Numbered from the stretch's first letter, positions 1 through 12,725 are shown. The stretch: DNA of 64,000 nt from Acanthaster planci (GCF_001949145.1 NW_019091361.1:4088164-4152163); one strand, 5' to 3'. Numbers and translations are program-made. The notes: generated by a model not told the origin, from the letters alone.

Positions 1-2159
1 TAAAGCGCTGGCCACCAGCATGGCGCAAACGTCCAGCGCGGCATGTCAGCCCTGGCTGACGTATGGGTACCTGTCCCCTGCTTAACTACGGTAGCACCCA
101 GCTACCACTCAGCAAATTGCTATTGCGTTACAGTATTCATTTGCTGGGAAACTCTCTGGATCTTATAAAGCTCACCGTGCGGACGAATACATGAACTAGC
201 GGGGGGGAGGGGGGTTACAGCGTCAATTTTCAGCAACATATCATTTGTTCCATATTCAAGCCTCGTATCTATTGATATTACGTTTTTAATTACGTGTCAC
301 GTCTGTAACCTCTATATTTACAGTCTTTTAGTCATAATTTGATACGTTGCATTAAACCACTGTTGTGACGTCACCCTATTTAAAAAAGTATCGATATTTT
401 AAAAAATTCACAGATCAAAATTGACTTGCTATAGACACAGAAAAAGCCATTGTGACGTTGAACTACTACGCTAAACACGAAGAGAAACGCTCTTAACAGC
501 AAGGAACACCATTTTAGACGTTCTTCTTGTTGATGTTCTCTGCCTTTTTCGATTTGCCGCGCTAATATTTTCTGTTGATATTTATACATGTACACATTTT
601 CATTGAAAATGAGACACTCCTGTCATTGCACTCATGTTTTAATCTGTTTAGCTCATTATTTTCCATACTCCTTCCGTTTCATTTGTTTATTTCAACTTTT
701 CTCGTCATTTTTACTGATATTTATTTATTCAGTATAACGTAAAACTTCTGTCTTTGAGTTTTTCTCTTTGAAATTCACATTTAGCCAATTCACCTCCAGT
801 TAAGCTTCAATTTTTAGCTCTTCCTCTGTTAGTAAACATTTTTAATAACTTCAACGATGACGAGTCCTTTCCCATTTGAATGAAAGAATCTCCACTTTTT
901 CGTCGTTTATCCTCAACCTAATGTTTACGCCAAAAACGTTGCATGCGCTGCCAATTAATGAAGCCCTTAAAACATGTTATCAGTAAAGCCAATACTTACT
1001 CATCTACGATACCAGTTGTCTTATGATGGCGTTACACCGTCTTTGCAGAGAGCTCTTATATCAGCTGATTGATTCGTTGTCATTCCCACCCCCGCCCCCA
1101 AATGGCTCTATAACCGCGCCTGCTGCTGAGGCTATCTGCAAAGTCCAAGCAGAGCATGAAACTACAGGACCCAATTTCATGACGCTACCAAATACACGGT
1201 TTTACGCTAACAGAGGCTTTGTGTAGACGTACACACTAATTGCCGACTTTTCAGACCCCCACCCCCGATACGCATACGCATTCCACAGAGTGACTTCTCG
1301 GGGTACCTTGATTTAGCAGCATTAAATGTCACGGTACATTGTACATCTACTGTAGTACTGTTTTTCGCACGTGGCTTCCAAATTCTGAAATTAATGACCA
1401 AAGTAATAGCAGCTTTTTAACTTGGTATTTCTTTATTAACGACACTGGGAAATACTTTTTGGCAGCTTTGAAAAAGATTTTTAATAAAAACAAAAATAGT
1501 CCCGTGCCTTTTTTCTCTCATGCGCGTAGAGGGCACCTGTTCGTTTCCCGAAGACGCTGCCGGTCTTTGTGTTATGAGTCATGCTGCGGTTTACTAATAA
1601 TGGGCGTTGGCACTGGAGGATATTGGTGGGTTGGATACTCTCGACCCACAAAACTCGACCCACAAAAGCTGATTCTGGTACTTATTTGTATGAGGAAGTG
1701 TGTTGAGATGATGAGGATTCTTTGAAGGCAAATTTTCGGTTTGCGTGCGGTACGCATAGACTTGAACTCCCCGCCCCCTGTTAGTTATGGTGTACGCAAC
1801 GGCACCAACGCACCTACGTAAGTACTTTATGGACGACTCCGTAGACCTTTCCGTACCTGTGGAAGCCCTTATTTTGAGCGCGATTCTGAGAATGCTGAAA
1901 TCATGGCAAAAAACCAATGTAATCGCGTGAAACCAGTGTACAGGCGCACCAAGTTCACCATACAGCATAATCTGACGGCGAGCACAAGTACGTGCCATCT
2001 GAAATTGTATGATTTTTCTATAAATATTTGTGCAGATGAGGGTACATTGAATCAAATCTAAAATGGCCGTCGTAGATCCTTCCACTTTATTTCACTTTCG
2101 TCTTCGGAAAACCCTCTAAAATGTAGTATTCCCCGGTTCCCCTTGTATTCCATTAGTAG

Positions 2160-3698
2160 GTGAAGAGACAAAGAAGATAACTGTCAGGGCAGAGTGTAAT
2201 GTATCGTTGCCACCCAGAACACAGACTGTACTTCCTGTTCAGTGTAGTAATATTAAGGCTCAGTAGGGCATTATTGAACCTGTTCCAACCTTGTATGACG
2301 ACGAACAGTTAGTAGGCGCTAAGTGTGTTCTGTTCATGGTAAATCTGTACATCAGCTCATGAATCCCTCTGACAGGTGCTTTTCTCTGATGATATGTACA
2401 TTGACAGTTTTGAGGCCGACGGAAAAGATACCACTACGGTTAAGACTAAACGAATAGATTTGACACACAAAAACACTGTAACCGTAACCGAAACTGTTGA
2501 GCACCCTGACATTGTAGAGGAACTTGCTATCACTATGGAAGATTCTGATTTAACAACAGATCAAACCTAGCAACAACTTATCTCATTTTTGGCTCAGAAT
2601 AAGGAGGTTTTCGCGAAAGATGCAACTGATTTGGGTACCACTAACCATTCATCACCACAGAATAGACACGGGCGACGCAAAACCAATCCGCCAACGTTTC
2701 TATCGCACTTCCTCGTTCATAAGGCAGAAATTGACAAGCAAATCCAAGATATGCTCAACGCTGACATAATTGAACCATCAACCTCACCCTGGGCTAGCCC
2801 GGTTGTTCTTGTGAAAAGGAAGAATGGCGAATTCCGCTTTGCTATAGATTACCGTCGCATCAATCGAGTCACAAAACCCATGTCTTTCCCTCTACCTCGA
2901 CATGATGTATATGATACCATAGGTAAATCCCATGCTACGATATTCACTGTACTCGATCTTGCACGCCGTCAGGATTTTGGCAAATACCTCTGGATAAAGA
3001 TAGCCGCGCGAAAACGGCTTTTACATCCCATAGTGGCAATTACCAGTTCAAGAAAGTTCCATTTGGTCTCATGAATGAACCAGTTTCCTTCCAAATGGTT
3101 ATGACCCAAGTGTTGCGTGGGCTAACTTGGAAATTTGCGCTCGTGTATTGTTGTACTGTTCAAAACGTCACGTTGGCTTGCCGCCCAAAATGTGCCCTGG
3201 CTAGGGCCTTTTATCTACAAACTTTGCAGGTGTAGAGATAACAGGCTTATGTTTATCCCCAGTCCACGCGAATCGGCTGAAGCAATGATCCTCAGGACAG
3301 ACCGGTTCACATTCCTGATAGTTTAGACAGCCACACTGAGGGCACCAATTTGAGGGCAATGACACTGTAAGTGACCCTGCTCAGGACTCGCCTAATTCTG
3401 AACCCACTCAGTCTGACAACGCACACATGCCACAAGTCCCACCTGTTGCCTTGGGCAGTCCCAAACAACCCTCTGGCAATAAACCACCTGACGCTAATGA
3501 CCAAGGTCGTAGTGATTGGTTTATCGTTCATAGTCTCTGACAATCTGCTATTATCGATGGCAAGCGTCATTATCAAGTGAAGTGGAAAAAGTGGAAAAAA
3601 CAACTGGGGAACCCGAAGAAAATATTCCTGATGAATTGATCCGAGACTTCCACATACGAAAAACAAAGCGGTCTAAGGCATATAATCGCAGAAGATAA
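2160..3698 (+). mobile_element. Degenerate Ty3/Gypsy LTR-retrotransposon pol fragment (pre-RT linker, N-terminal RT, integrase C-terminus, chromodomain), internally deleted
   Basis: ORFs 2376-2570 and 2589-3074 share a frame separated by one TAG (SDLTTDQT*QQLISFLAQNKEVFAKDATDLGTT). A shifted frame gives HRIDTGDAKPIRQRFYRTS, then IIEPSTSPWASPVVLVKRKNGEFRFAIDYRRIN. After another frameshift (~2972-3148): GFWQIPLDKDSRAKTAF...YQFKKVPFGLMNEPVSFQMVMTQVLRGLTWKFALVY. Then WLGPF (integrase GPF/GPY region) and a chromodomain-like stretch at 3514-3698. Multiple stops and frameshifts. Left boundary approximate. Confidence 0.92.
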
Positions 3699-4047
3699 TT
3701 GTATTCGGGCCTACACACTTCGTAGCTTGTCGATGACATAATATGAACTTTCACCGTAGAAATGTAATGTACCCTCTAATCTTTAATCGCTATTTGCTCA
3801 TTTTTCTTAAGGTATTTGTCAGTTTGTTACCTTCTTTGCTTCGTACCATATGCCGGCTATGGACAGGATTGCAGTACACTCATTCTCATGTATTTCTGTG
3901 GCTTCATGAAGTTATTCCTCGACTTTTTGTTAACGTACTATTATTAATAATTTGTTTTTCTTAAGGTCACCAGTACGTTTTATCATTGCTTTCCTCTTTT
4001 CCCTTATTTTCTTACTGTTCATTTTTAAGTCGGGAGACTTAAGCTTC

Positions 4048-4057
4048 GAGGGGAGGG
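4048..4057 (+). other. Possible polypurine tract of the Gypsy element (GAGGGGAGGG), perhaps followed by a decayed 3' LTR start
   Basis: Purine run ~350 nt downstream of the pol stop, in the expected position. The following bases read TATCAGC rather than canonical TG, and no matching 5' LTR was found. Confidence 0.3.
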
Positions 4058-4310
4058 TACATATCAGCATCATTACAATAACACATTTTGTATTGCTACT
4101 TAAGTTGCACGGATTAATCTGACCTTCAAGAGTATAACCGCTTTCCAAGTAATGAGACTCATTTAAGGAATGGCTAGTTTAACTATAAGACCCTTGGGGA
4201 GGAAAGCAGGGCTGGACCAGAAGGGCCATTGAGGCAGTCCATCGTCCTGGTAAGGAAAAGTCGGTATTCATTAATTTGACTAGCCCTACCCTCAAATCCA
4301 AATGAACCAA

Positions 4311-4403
4311 GGGGCCACTCAAAATTTTGAATGCTTTTAAATTTCGACTTTTTTTCCAAATTTTCTTGAAATTTAAAAAACACTGAAAATTTTGAGTGGC
4401 CCC
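4311..4403. repeat. Short inverted repeat/hairpin (~35-bp arms), probable MITE remnant
   Basis: ggggccactcaaaattttgaatgcttttaaatttc ... gaaatttaaaaaacactgaaaattttgagtggcccc; the first 18 bp are a perfect inverted match. Confidence 0.7.
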
Positions 4404-4598
4404 CAAACACATTCATTCACGCTGTATTAATATTCAAAGGACTAGTAGCCAATACCTAATAAGGCAAGGAAAATTGTATGATGGATGAAAAATGGAATGT
4501 CCAGTAAATGTACAAAATCCATATGAGATCTGACAATCAGGCAGAGAGCCGCACCTCGAGCCAGCTGAATAAACCACATCAACTACTATACAACTTGG

Positions 4599-4787
4599 TA
4601 TGGTGTACTATTTACGACGCACATTTCTCTCTCGCGACGGCACGACGGCTCCCTTGCGTCGTGCTGTCGGGTCGCAACGTCGCCTTCTTGCCATTACTTT
4701 TGTACACACACGACGCGACGCCGTTGCCCGTCGCGTCGTGCTGTCTTAGGTCCTTTCCTTGTTGCATTTTTTTCTGCCTAAACGTCG
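4599..4787. repeat. Partial copy of the CGAC/CGTCG-rich foldback repeat family
   Basis: Inverted copy of ~5277-5519 (tatggtgtactatttacgac...tttttctgcctaaacgtcg) and direct copy of ~5602-5745. Confidence 0.85.
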
Positions 4788-5078
4788 TTGCCTAAAAGGT
4801 TGAGGGTTGCCACTTGAAAAAAAAAGGCTGCAATCAGACTTCGGAAAATCACTTTTCGGGGGTGATTTTGTTTTGTGGGAATAATTAAAAATGTAATTGG
4901 TAAGCCCACAATAAATTGAAAAGAAGTCGAAAGATTAGGGACCAGACAATAATTTTATTTGTGTTTCAGCAATCTCAAGGATGTTGGTAAGCATGTTATT
5001 GGGCCCTGAACATTGCCGATTTTACACTGTTTTCAATGGGGCTTGAATTAGTGGACTGTTCCCTAGTATTCAAGTACC

Positions 5079-6117
5079 GGGGGCGGAAATGAAAGAAAAC
5101 AGTAAAGGCGCCCTCTATAAACACCAAGAAACAAAGGGCGACAGCACACGACGCGTCGCGTCGTGCGTCGTGTCGTGCGTCGCGTCGTGCTTCAGGCGAC
5201 GTAATAGGCGACGCGATGCACGACACGACGTACGACGCGACGCACGACGGTACGACGCGACGGGCGACGGAGGGGCGACGTTTAGGCGGGAAAAAATGCA
5301 ACATGGAAAATACCTGAGACAGCACGACGCGACGGGCGACGGCACGACGCGACGCACGATGCGACGCGTCGTGTGTGTACAAACGTAATGGCAAGAAGGC
5401 GACCGTGCGACCCGACGGCACGACGCAAGGGAGCCGTCGTGCCGTCGCTTCGTGTCGTTGCGTCGCCTTGAGGGAGGCTAAAGAGAGAGAGAAATGTTTG
5501 TCGTAAATAGTACACCATAACTTGGTCCCAAGACATCTTCTTGTGTCGATCCGCATAACCTGTCGGGTTATAGTACTATGCGCACAAGTCTTTCTCGACT
5601 TTATGGTGTACTACTATACGACACACATTTCTGCCTCTCTCCAGCCGCTTCGAAGGCGACGCAACGTTGTGCGTCGCATCGTGCCGTCGTGTCGTGCTGT
5701 ATTACGTCCTATTTCCTTAATGCATTTTTTCTGCCTAAACTTCGCTCATTCCATCACCCGTCGCGTCACACCGTCGTATCATGCGTCGCGTATCCGGTCC
5801 GTAAGTGACTTCGTCACAAAGGCGGACGCGCAACGATTTGCAGGCTTTCATTGGACAATCGCTGAAGTTGCACGTTAACTTCCGGTTCCATGGTTCCAGT
5901 AAACAACGATCAGTACATGTAACTCTGTGCAGTGCATGTGCAGTGGGCGTGGTTTAAACTGAGGTGACGTCACACTTACTAACCGGATTACGGCCCCTGA
6001 CGCACGAAGCGACGCGCGACACGACGCAAGACGCGACGCGTCGTGTGCTGTCGCCCTTTGCTTCGTGGTGTTTATAGAGGGCGCCTCTATACAGTTTTCT
6101 TTCCTTTCCGTCCCCCC
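5079..6117. mobile_element. ~1-kb CpG-rich foldback (long palindromic) element
   Basis: 5079-5205 (ggcggaaatgaaagaaaacagtaaaggcgccctctataaacacc...) is the reverse complement of 5989-6117. Inner arm ~5220-5520 is the reverse complement of ~5600-5790. Arms are built from cgacg/cgtcg subrepeats. Non-palindromic centre ~5520-5600. Confidence 0.85.
5792..5988. mobile_element. ~200-bp MITE nested in the right arm of the foldback element
   Basis: TIRs atccggtccgtaagtg / cacttactaaccggat; absent from the left arm; second copy at 23239-23432. Confidence 0.85.
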
Positions 6118-6413
6118 TTTATGGGTCGACAAAAATTGGCCACGTTTTGGGGCACCATTGAAGGGTTCCGCTTTAATAGAGAAGAAATACATGTCAAATC
6201 TTAAAATAAACATCAAATCGTATATTAAGTTGAACGAGGCGACCCTGAGAAACGTTCACCGAAGCTGGGTTTACCACGAGGTCAGCCACAAGGCACAAAC
6301 AACAGTAAATTCAAGGGCCCTCCAGTCAGTAATATCAACACATTGGACGACAAAAACGTCTGATCCTTGGAACGCCATATAATAGAGACGACATGGGGTG
6401 TCTATGAAGCCTT

Positions 6414-6714
6414 CACTGGGAAAACAAGTGTTAAATTAATGTTTTACACGCCTTCCACTTCATGAAAATGTAATGGTGTTAATAATCCAACGCTAAACAA
6501 TTTGTGGTGTTTCTTTTTTAAGCAGATACGCGGTGATATGTGAGTACGTTTAGACACAATGACACATGGAAGTTAATAACAAGACACAAAAACACATTTA
6601 TCAGGTGGTAACACCAAAACACGTTTATTTCCTAAAAGGTGTTTCATTTTAAACGGTTACGTGCTTACAATCAACGCAAGGGCACGGTTATAATGGGCGT
6701 TGGTTTTTACAGTG
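6414..6714. mobile_element. Putative non-autonomous CACTG-ended (EnSpm/CACTA-like) element
   Basis: Ends cactgggaaaac ... gtttttacagtg, with TT on both flanks (possible 2-bp TSD). TIR is short and imperfect. Confidence 0.35.
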
Positions 6715-7254
6715 TTGTTCAATTTAGTTTCTCAATTTTTGGACACAAATTTGTGTATTTAAAGTCTGCGTACTGAGTTAAGTGAATGCAAGCTACTTTC
6801 ATGCCAGGCGAAGTCAACAGAGAGATATGGCTTCAGGAAATTAAGTTCGATATCAGACGTCAATGTAGTTCCTTTGATAAGGCGATTCATTCGCAACATA
6901 CTTACGATTGGCCTATTCTCTTTTCATTTTGTATTTGAGTATGCTGTGGGCCGTCCAAAACATATCACAAAAACAGAAAATAAAATGCTCACGTTTTATT
7001 AAAGGCCACCCGTTTACAAATCATTACTTATTACCATTTTCGTTAGGCCAAATTAATGCGTTTTGAATAAAATTCCACAGTTTATTTAAATTTTCGAATT
7101 CCATGCCTGTTGGTGCTTCCTTTAAAATGTCGGGTATTCAGCCCCACGCGTCGTTTCAAGTCATTGGTTAACCTTTGAGAAAGTCGTTATCACACTGTAG
7201 GCTGCTTCAACCTTCCCTCCCTTCAGCTAATGAAAACCAGGAAACCTATCAAAA

Positions 7255-8315
7255 ATGGCTGTTCGATTCATCGGCCTCGTCCTGTTGTCTGTGCTGGATT
7301 TCGTTGTTGCTCTAGAGCGGGGAGAGTACCTTGACATGTCCTACGGCTACGATGAAAACTCTCTCGCCTATCCTGGGGCTGGATTCTTCCAGCTAACCAT
7401 TGAAGAGCGCGGGCCTGCCTTGGGTTTACCATGGTGAGGGTTTACAGTGCTAATGAGAATGTTGTGAGACAGAGAGTGGATGGGGGAACTCGTATATATG
7501 TGTAGTTTTGTCTGAGAAGGGAAGAGGCGGCTATAAGTGGATTGTCGCCAATTTGAAGGTGTTTTACATTTTGCAAATTCACACCCTTGAAATGGTTTCA
7601 TCTTGTTCTTTTGCAATGTCTTAGGTTGGAGTATAACTCGATGTGTTTACCAGAACACATCGGCACCCACGTCGACGCCCCGTCTCACTTTGGTCAAGGC
7701 AAGATGCGGATCGACGACATACCACTCAGTCGGTTGATATGCTCGGCCGTCCGAGTCGACATCTCCGAAAAAGCGAAAGCTGACAGAGATTATGGAATGA
7801 CGGTTAAGGATCTACAAGACTGGGAAGTCATCCACGGCAAGATTCCGGACGGCTCTCTTCTCTTCGTCTACACCGGTTGGGGAGCTTTCTACCCTGATCG
7901 GCTGGCCTACTTGGGTACGAAGCGCAACGACACCCATCTGGACGACCAAGGCATGTCACTGGTCCATTGTCCAGGTGTTGGACCCGAAGCCGCCGAATGG
8001 TTGGTAGCTAATCGGAAGATTGTGGGTCTCGGAACTGATTCAGCAAATATCGACCGTGGGCTAAACGTCAGTTTCCCTACCCATCGCATCTTAATGGAAG
8101 CCAACATCTACGGCATCGAGAACGTGGCTAACTTGGATCAACTTCCAGACACGGGAGCTAAGGTGTTCGTACTCCCGATGAAAATTGTAGATGGGAGTGG
8201 TGCACCAGCACGTATCGTGGCCATGTTGAACGAGGATAGTACCTCTGGGGCAGCGACGCTCTCCACTGCATTTGTCACCTGTGTCTCTCTGCTTACTATT
8301 AATCTTCTTGTGTAA
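7255..8315 (+). CDS. Cyclase family (PF04199; KynB kynurenine formamidase / isatin hydrolase-like) metallohydrolase, paralogue 1; signal peptide and GPI-like tail; exons 7255-7433 and 7625-8315, 289 aa
   Basis: Exon 1 MAVRFIGLVLLSVLDFVVA-LERGEYLDMSYGY; donor TG|gtgagg, acceptor ttag|G (phase 2, rebuilds Trp). Signature HxGTHxDxPxH (EHIGTHVDAPSH), GTDS, H(RILM), GIENVANL, PMKIVDGSGAPAR. Hydrophobic C-terminus ...STSGAATLSTAFVTCVSLLTINLLV. Confidence 0.95.
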
Positions 8316-11300
8316 ATAACTACTCACTGATTTCTTTAACTTCTGCCTTCGATTACAGTTTTGTGATAGTGTTATAAGATTTATTCAGCCAATGATCCTT
8401 TAATCGAAGTCATTACTCACGCCTTATCCTGGAAATGTATTTCAAACAATGGCAATTATGAAATTGTCGATAAAGCTTGGAAATCGAAAAACACCCTTGC
8501 ACATTTCAAAATCATATTCTTGAGTTTTACTGACTCATTCGCAGTTACACACGATGTAATATGTAACTTACCACTGAGTGGTCATGCCTTACCCAGTACA
8601 CTCATCACGACAGCTCTGTTAAAATGTGAGCATTAGTTGATACTGTAAATCATAAACAACTTGTTTTTGATTGAAAAACCCGTTGGTCATATGCGCCTGG
8701 TGCACTCTTTTTTTATGCAAAGACTGGAAATTTCGTCTTAAGTTTTTGTTATTAGTTTGTGGAACACTGGCTTCGAGGAATGGACTGTTGAGCGTTTCAA
8801 GTTTGGAATATTAACGCCTTTTGATGTTTAATGAGGACAAACATTGTTCTTCTGTAGTTAGTTTGTTAAAAATGATATTAACCTCTAATGCGTCAGTTTT
8901 ATGTTTTTCTCTCATGCATGCACTTGACTTTCATACATTTCATACATAGGCATAAACATACATGTATTATATATTGACATTTGTTCAGTCGACACACTGA
9001 ACACGTGCGTGAATTTCACACAGAAACGAATTTTGAAATTAACAATGACAGTAGAATGTTTATAACACTATGATACGGTCTCGAAACACCAACGCTATAA
9101 CGCAAAATAATATGCAGTTACGTTATTGACTTCTAAAAGACCGAACTATATTAGAGGCGTGGCTTGAAAAAGGGGTCATTAATGGAATAAGACGTTCACT
9201 GACAAATCTTTCAGATTTAATGCAAGAGAGCCATATTGTTAATGTATTTAACCTTTAACTTAAATACCATAAACTGTCAAAAGACCACACCATCATAGGA
9301 CTAAGAATAGGTTCTCGGGGTATGAGTTAGTGGAGTTTTGTCGGGGCAGGGCAACTATTTGTTCAAAATTAAACGTCGACAGTAGAGCTTAGTCTGAAAT
9401 TAGACCAACCTTGAGTGGTCAGTTCCTCCGAGAGAATAAAATTGTCGGAATTGATACCGGCATACCCTTATCGACTGACAAAGTGTGCATTCCTGGAGAA
9501 AACAGTTGTTTCTAGCTGTTGTCGCATTCTCGACCAGTGGAATGGTCATTGGAATTTTCTGTGAGATAAAAGCAGGGAAATTTCATCCTTCATCGGGTTC
9601 TGACCTTTAGACTCCTGGGGCGTGGACAAGGCACACTGATCACTGGCGGTACTGAGCCTTCCGACTGTCAGGCTTCATGAGTGCCTGCTGACCGGGTGTC
9701 TCGTCCCGTTCTAGCTGAGCCACGCTGTACCTGGTGCTGTCTTGCTATGCCTGGTTTTAAGCGTCGTTGACTCGCTGTCTGTTGGGACTCCAAAGGAGCT
9801 ACATATAGCGCCGACTCCACCAGCGCCACTCCCTTTGGCCGCACCTTGTCGACTGGTTCGCTAGCCTGTTCCCGTCTGTTTGTCCACGTGTCATCCAGCC
9901 ATTCCCAAGTGTCGGAGATCGGAGGTCGCCACTCAAAATCATTCAAACTCTCGTAGATTCCACCCACGGAGGTACCTTCCCTTTCACAATGGCCAACTTA
10001 CATGATTTAGCCTGCCTAATTTAAAAAGTATAAAAAATTTTTCCTTCTATATGGTTCATTTAGTTTGATGCGCGGTAGTGCTCTGTTGGTGTTGTTTATT
10101 AAAATAAATCAAATTTCTTTCTACTAAAACTCCTTAATTCCGATTTTCCGTTATATTGTGTTCTGAGATTTGAAGTGCCTTCATAGAAGTACTTATTACT
10201 GCAAACATCGTCTGTAAAGTTAAGTGCCTTTTCCCATTTTAAAGCAAGTGTAGCTTGATCATGAGTCGAGCACTTTGATGCCAGATTTGCCCTACGCTGT
10301 GTGCGTGCATATTATTTGGCATGCCGTTTTTTTATATTTCCAATCCCTCGAATTTTTCGACAGTATCTAAACATGGACATAAATCCTGGGGGTATAGGAG
10401 TATATGCCCCCACACTTTTTGGGGGGAGGGGGGTGGAATATTGCATCACAGGCCCCTCCCCCCCAAAAAAACACACACACATTATTTTGTGATGAGCAAA
10501 AATTAAAGTGGATATCTAAAGACTTTTTGGACTTCCAAACGGCTAAAGTGCATTCACTATCACACAAAAAAGGGGAAATAATTTTTCAGAAGCCATTCTG
10601 ATGTACGATTCTGCATTTATGTAATACATATGGCAAATGTACATCAATATCATGAACATCGACTTCTACATAGAGTCATATGGTGTCATCCTCCATCCTG
10701 CTTTTCATGATCGGGCAAGTCATCCTCCCACATCTCCTGTCCCCTATCTCCCCAAATTCCAGCACAAATTTATCTCAGTACTTTTGAGACTGAATTAAAA
10801 ACTGTTTGAAGTGCTGCACGAAGTTTGTGTTACTTAATCTGGGCTGAACGAATTTTAGATTGGAGTCCGTCCTTTTTTTCCCTTTCTCCCACAAATAAAT
10901 ACAGCTAAAGGCAGTTGATTTGCTGATGGTCGTTCGGAAAAATTAACAAGTTACAACCCTTTGTTCATCTTGTTTTGTAATGATTGGTCTGATAACCCGA
11001 TGAATGTTACTGAATCCTGTCATTTTTTAGATCAGCATAAATTATATGAGTCATCAATTCTAAAATACGAAACTTCAGCTCCAAAGGTAAATCCTAAAGC
11101 TAGTTCTGGGCGGTTCAGTCCAGTTTAAGACGGCCTACGACCTCAGGGTCGATAGAGCGATTCAATGCCATCCCCGGCTGGTATCAATTTCGAAATTCTG
11201 AAGTCATCAGAAATCAGTTGTGAGCAACTATTGTGCGATGAGAATGAATGGTACAAAGGGCATTCCGCCTTCCATCTGTCAAACGGGGTCGACAACAAAA

Positions 11301-12300
11301 ACAAGTCGATACAGGACATAAAGGGAAAATGTAACACCACTGTCAGTCACATCGTATCTTTGCTACGTATCAGGCACACGTCTGGATTTCTTTAGCGGTA
11401 CAGCACCAGACAGCTGGTAAGCGCTATCACATAATGTGTTCTGCTAAATAATTCATTAATGGATATCTCCCTGCTTAAAAAGAGTACTAAATTCTGAACT
11501 CTGCTTAGCTATCCAAAACTGGTTTTAGATATTGACCACACACAAAACTGAACTATTTTTTCCAAGAAAAAAAGATTTCATCTTCTCGTTGGTCATTTTG
11601 TCTGATGATCATAATTCAGTTTACAGAAAAGAAGCAATTTAATTTGAATTTGTTTAGATTACACTGCTAAAAGCAGCGAATACAGCTTTATCATGAAACA
11701 CTGGACCTCTCAAATCACCGTACGATCTGGCGTATTTTTGTGAAACCGACTTTGGGTTGGATCAGGTGGGACAGGGATAGGTGTTTCCACCACCTGAGTT
11801 GGGTCAGGTCGTTTCGGTTCTGTGTTTGTGATTTTCGGGTCGGGTCGGTTGGGTTAATTTATCCTTGTCAAAACCAGAAATTAACCTAAATGAACCAAAC
11901 AAATTATGAAATAGTTCGGACATTCACATGCTGCATTATTACTGTAGAGTCACTGTGTGTGAGATGCATGATTAATTTGTAATCTCCAACAGGGACTGTA
12001 AAAGAGATATATCTCAAAAATTTTGAGTTGCCGCAATGATCCCCCCCTCCAAAAAATGCACCTAAACGGGAACATGTTTAGGCTAAGAAAGTCGAATACT
12101 ATGGGACTATTTGTCTGAGCCAAATTGTACACGAGACGAGTTCACTTCGGTACTCTTTATCGGATCGGTTTTACCTTAGTATGTTTGCCGACTCTGGTCT
12201 GATTCGGGGAGCCCAGCCGGATCGGTTTCGGATCCGTTTTGGCCTCTTCAACCCGACCACATTCATAACCGTTACATTAGCCCTGCGTATGGGACCGAAA

Positions 12301-12650
12301 TCTATGGTGTTCTATAGCCGCCAAACTTGCGATGCGTCTTCCCTTCGCCACGACGCGACACTACGACAGCCCTGTCGCGTCGTGCCGTCGCGTCGTTGCG
12401 TCGTTTCCTGCTGTCTTGCTGTCGCGTCGTATCGTCGCGTCGTACCGTCCTGTCTTACCGTCGTAGCGTTGCGTCGTGCCGTCGCGTCGCCTTTCATTTT
12501 AGGCCCTATACAGTGTGGGTTAGGCCGTCATGTCCTCACGTCGAGCTGTCGCGTCCTGATGCCGTCGCATCGTGTTGTTGCACCGTCTTGTGGTGCTGTC
12601 GTGTCATGTCGTCGTTCGTCCTATTGTGCGGTCGTGCCTTACTATCTCTA
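12301..12650. repeat. Diverged member of the CGAC/CGTCG-rich repeat family
   Basis: Dense cgtcgcgtcgtgccgtcg arrays; starts tctatggtgttct, inverted relative to agaacaccataga at ~13422. Confidence 0.75.
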
Positions 12651-12725
12651 AAAATGGCTGGTGATTACTAAGGCCAACAGAGAGAGGATATATGTCACAA
12701 GTCCTGGAAAAATAATGTGCATGCA

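Noticed and set aside
1..180. GC-rich start of the window as a minus-strand exon
   Set aside because: Open frames and splice-like motifs exist, but no recognisable protein and the sequence is cut by the window edge.
1594..2085. 163-aa minus-strand ORF
   Set aside because: No recognisable motif, non-ATG start, no convincing splice context.
5140..5480. CRISPR-like appearance of the repeated cgacgcgac units
   Set aside because: No constant-length repeats with unique spacers, no cas genes, and a eukaryotic context.
4996..5878. Arg/Ala/Val-rich ORFs (186, 118, 99 aa), likewise 12181-12671 and 13229-13540
   Set aside because: Translations of stop-poor CGACG repeats, open in several frames on both strands; not genes.
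7587..7624. ORF-track N-termini of the cyclase ORFs (7587 and 15766 starts)
   Set aside because: These are intron read-through; the true N-termini come from the upstream signal-peptide exons.
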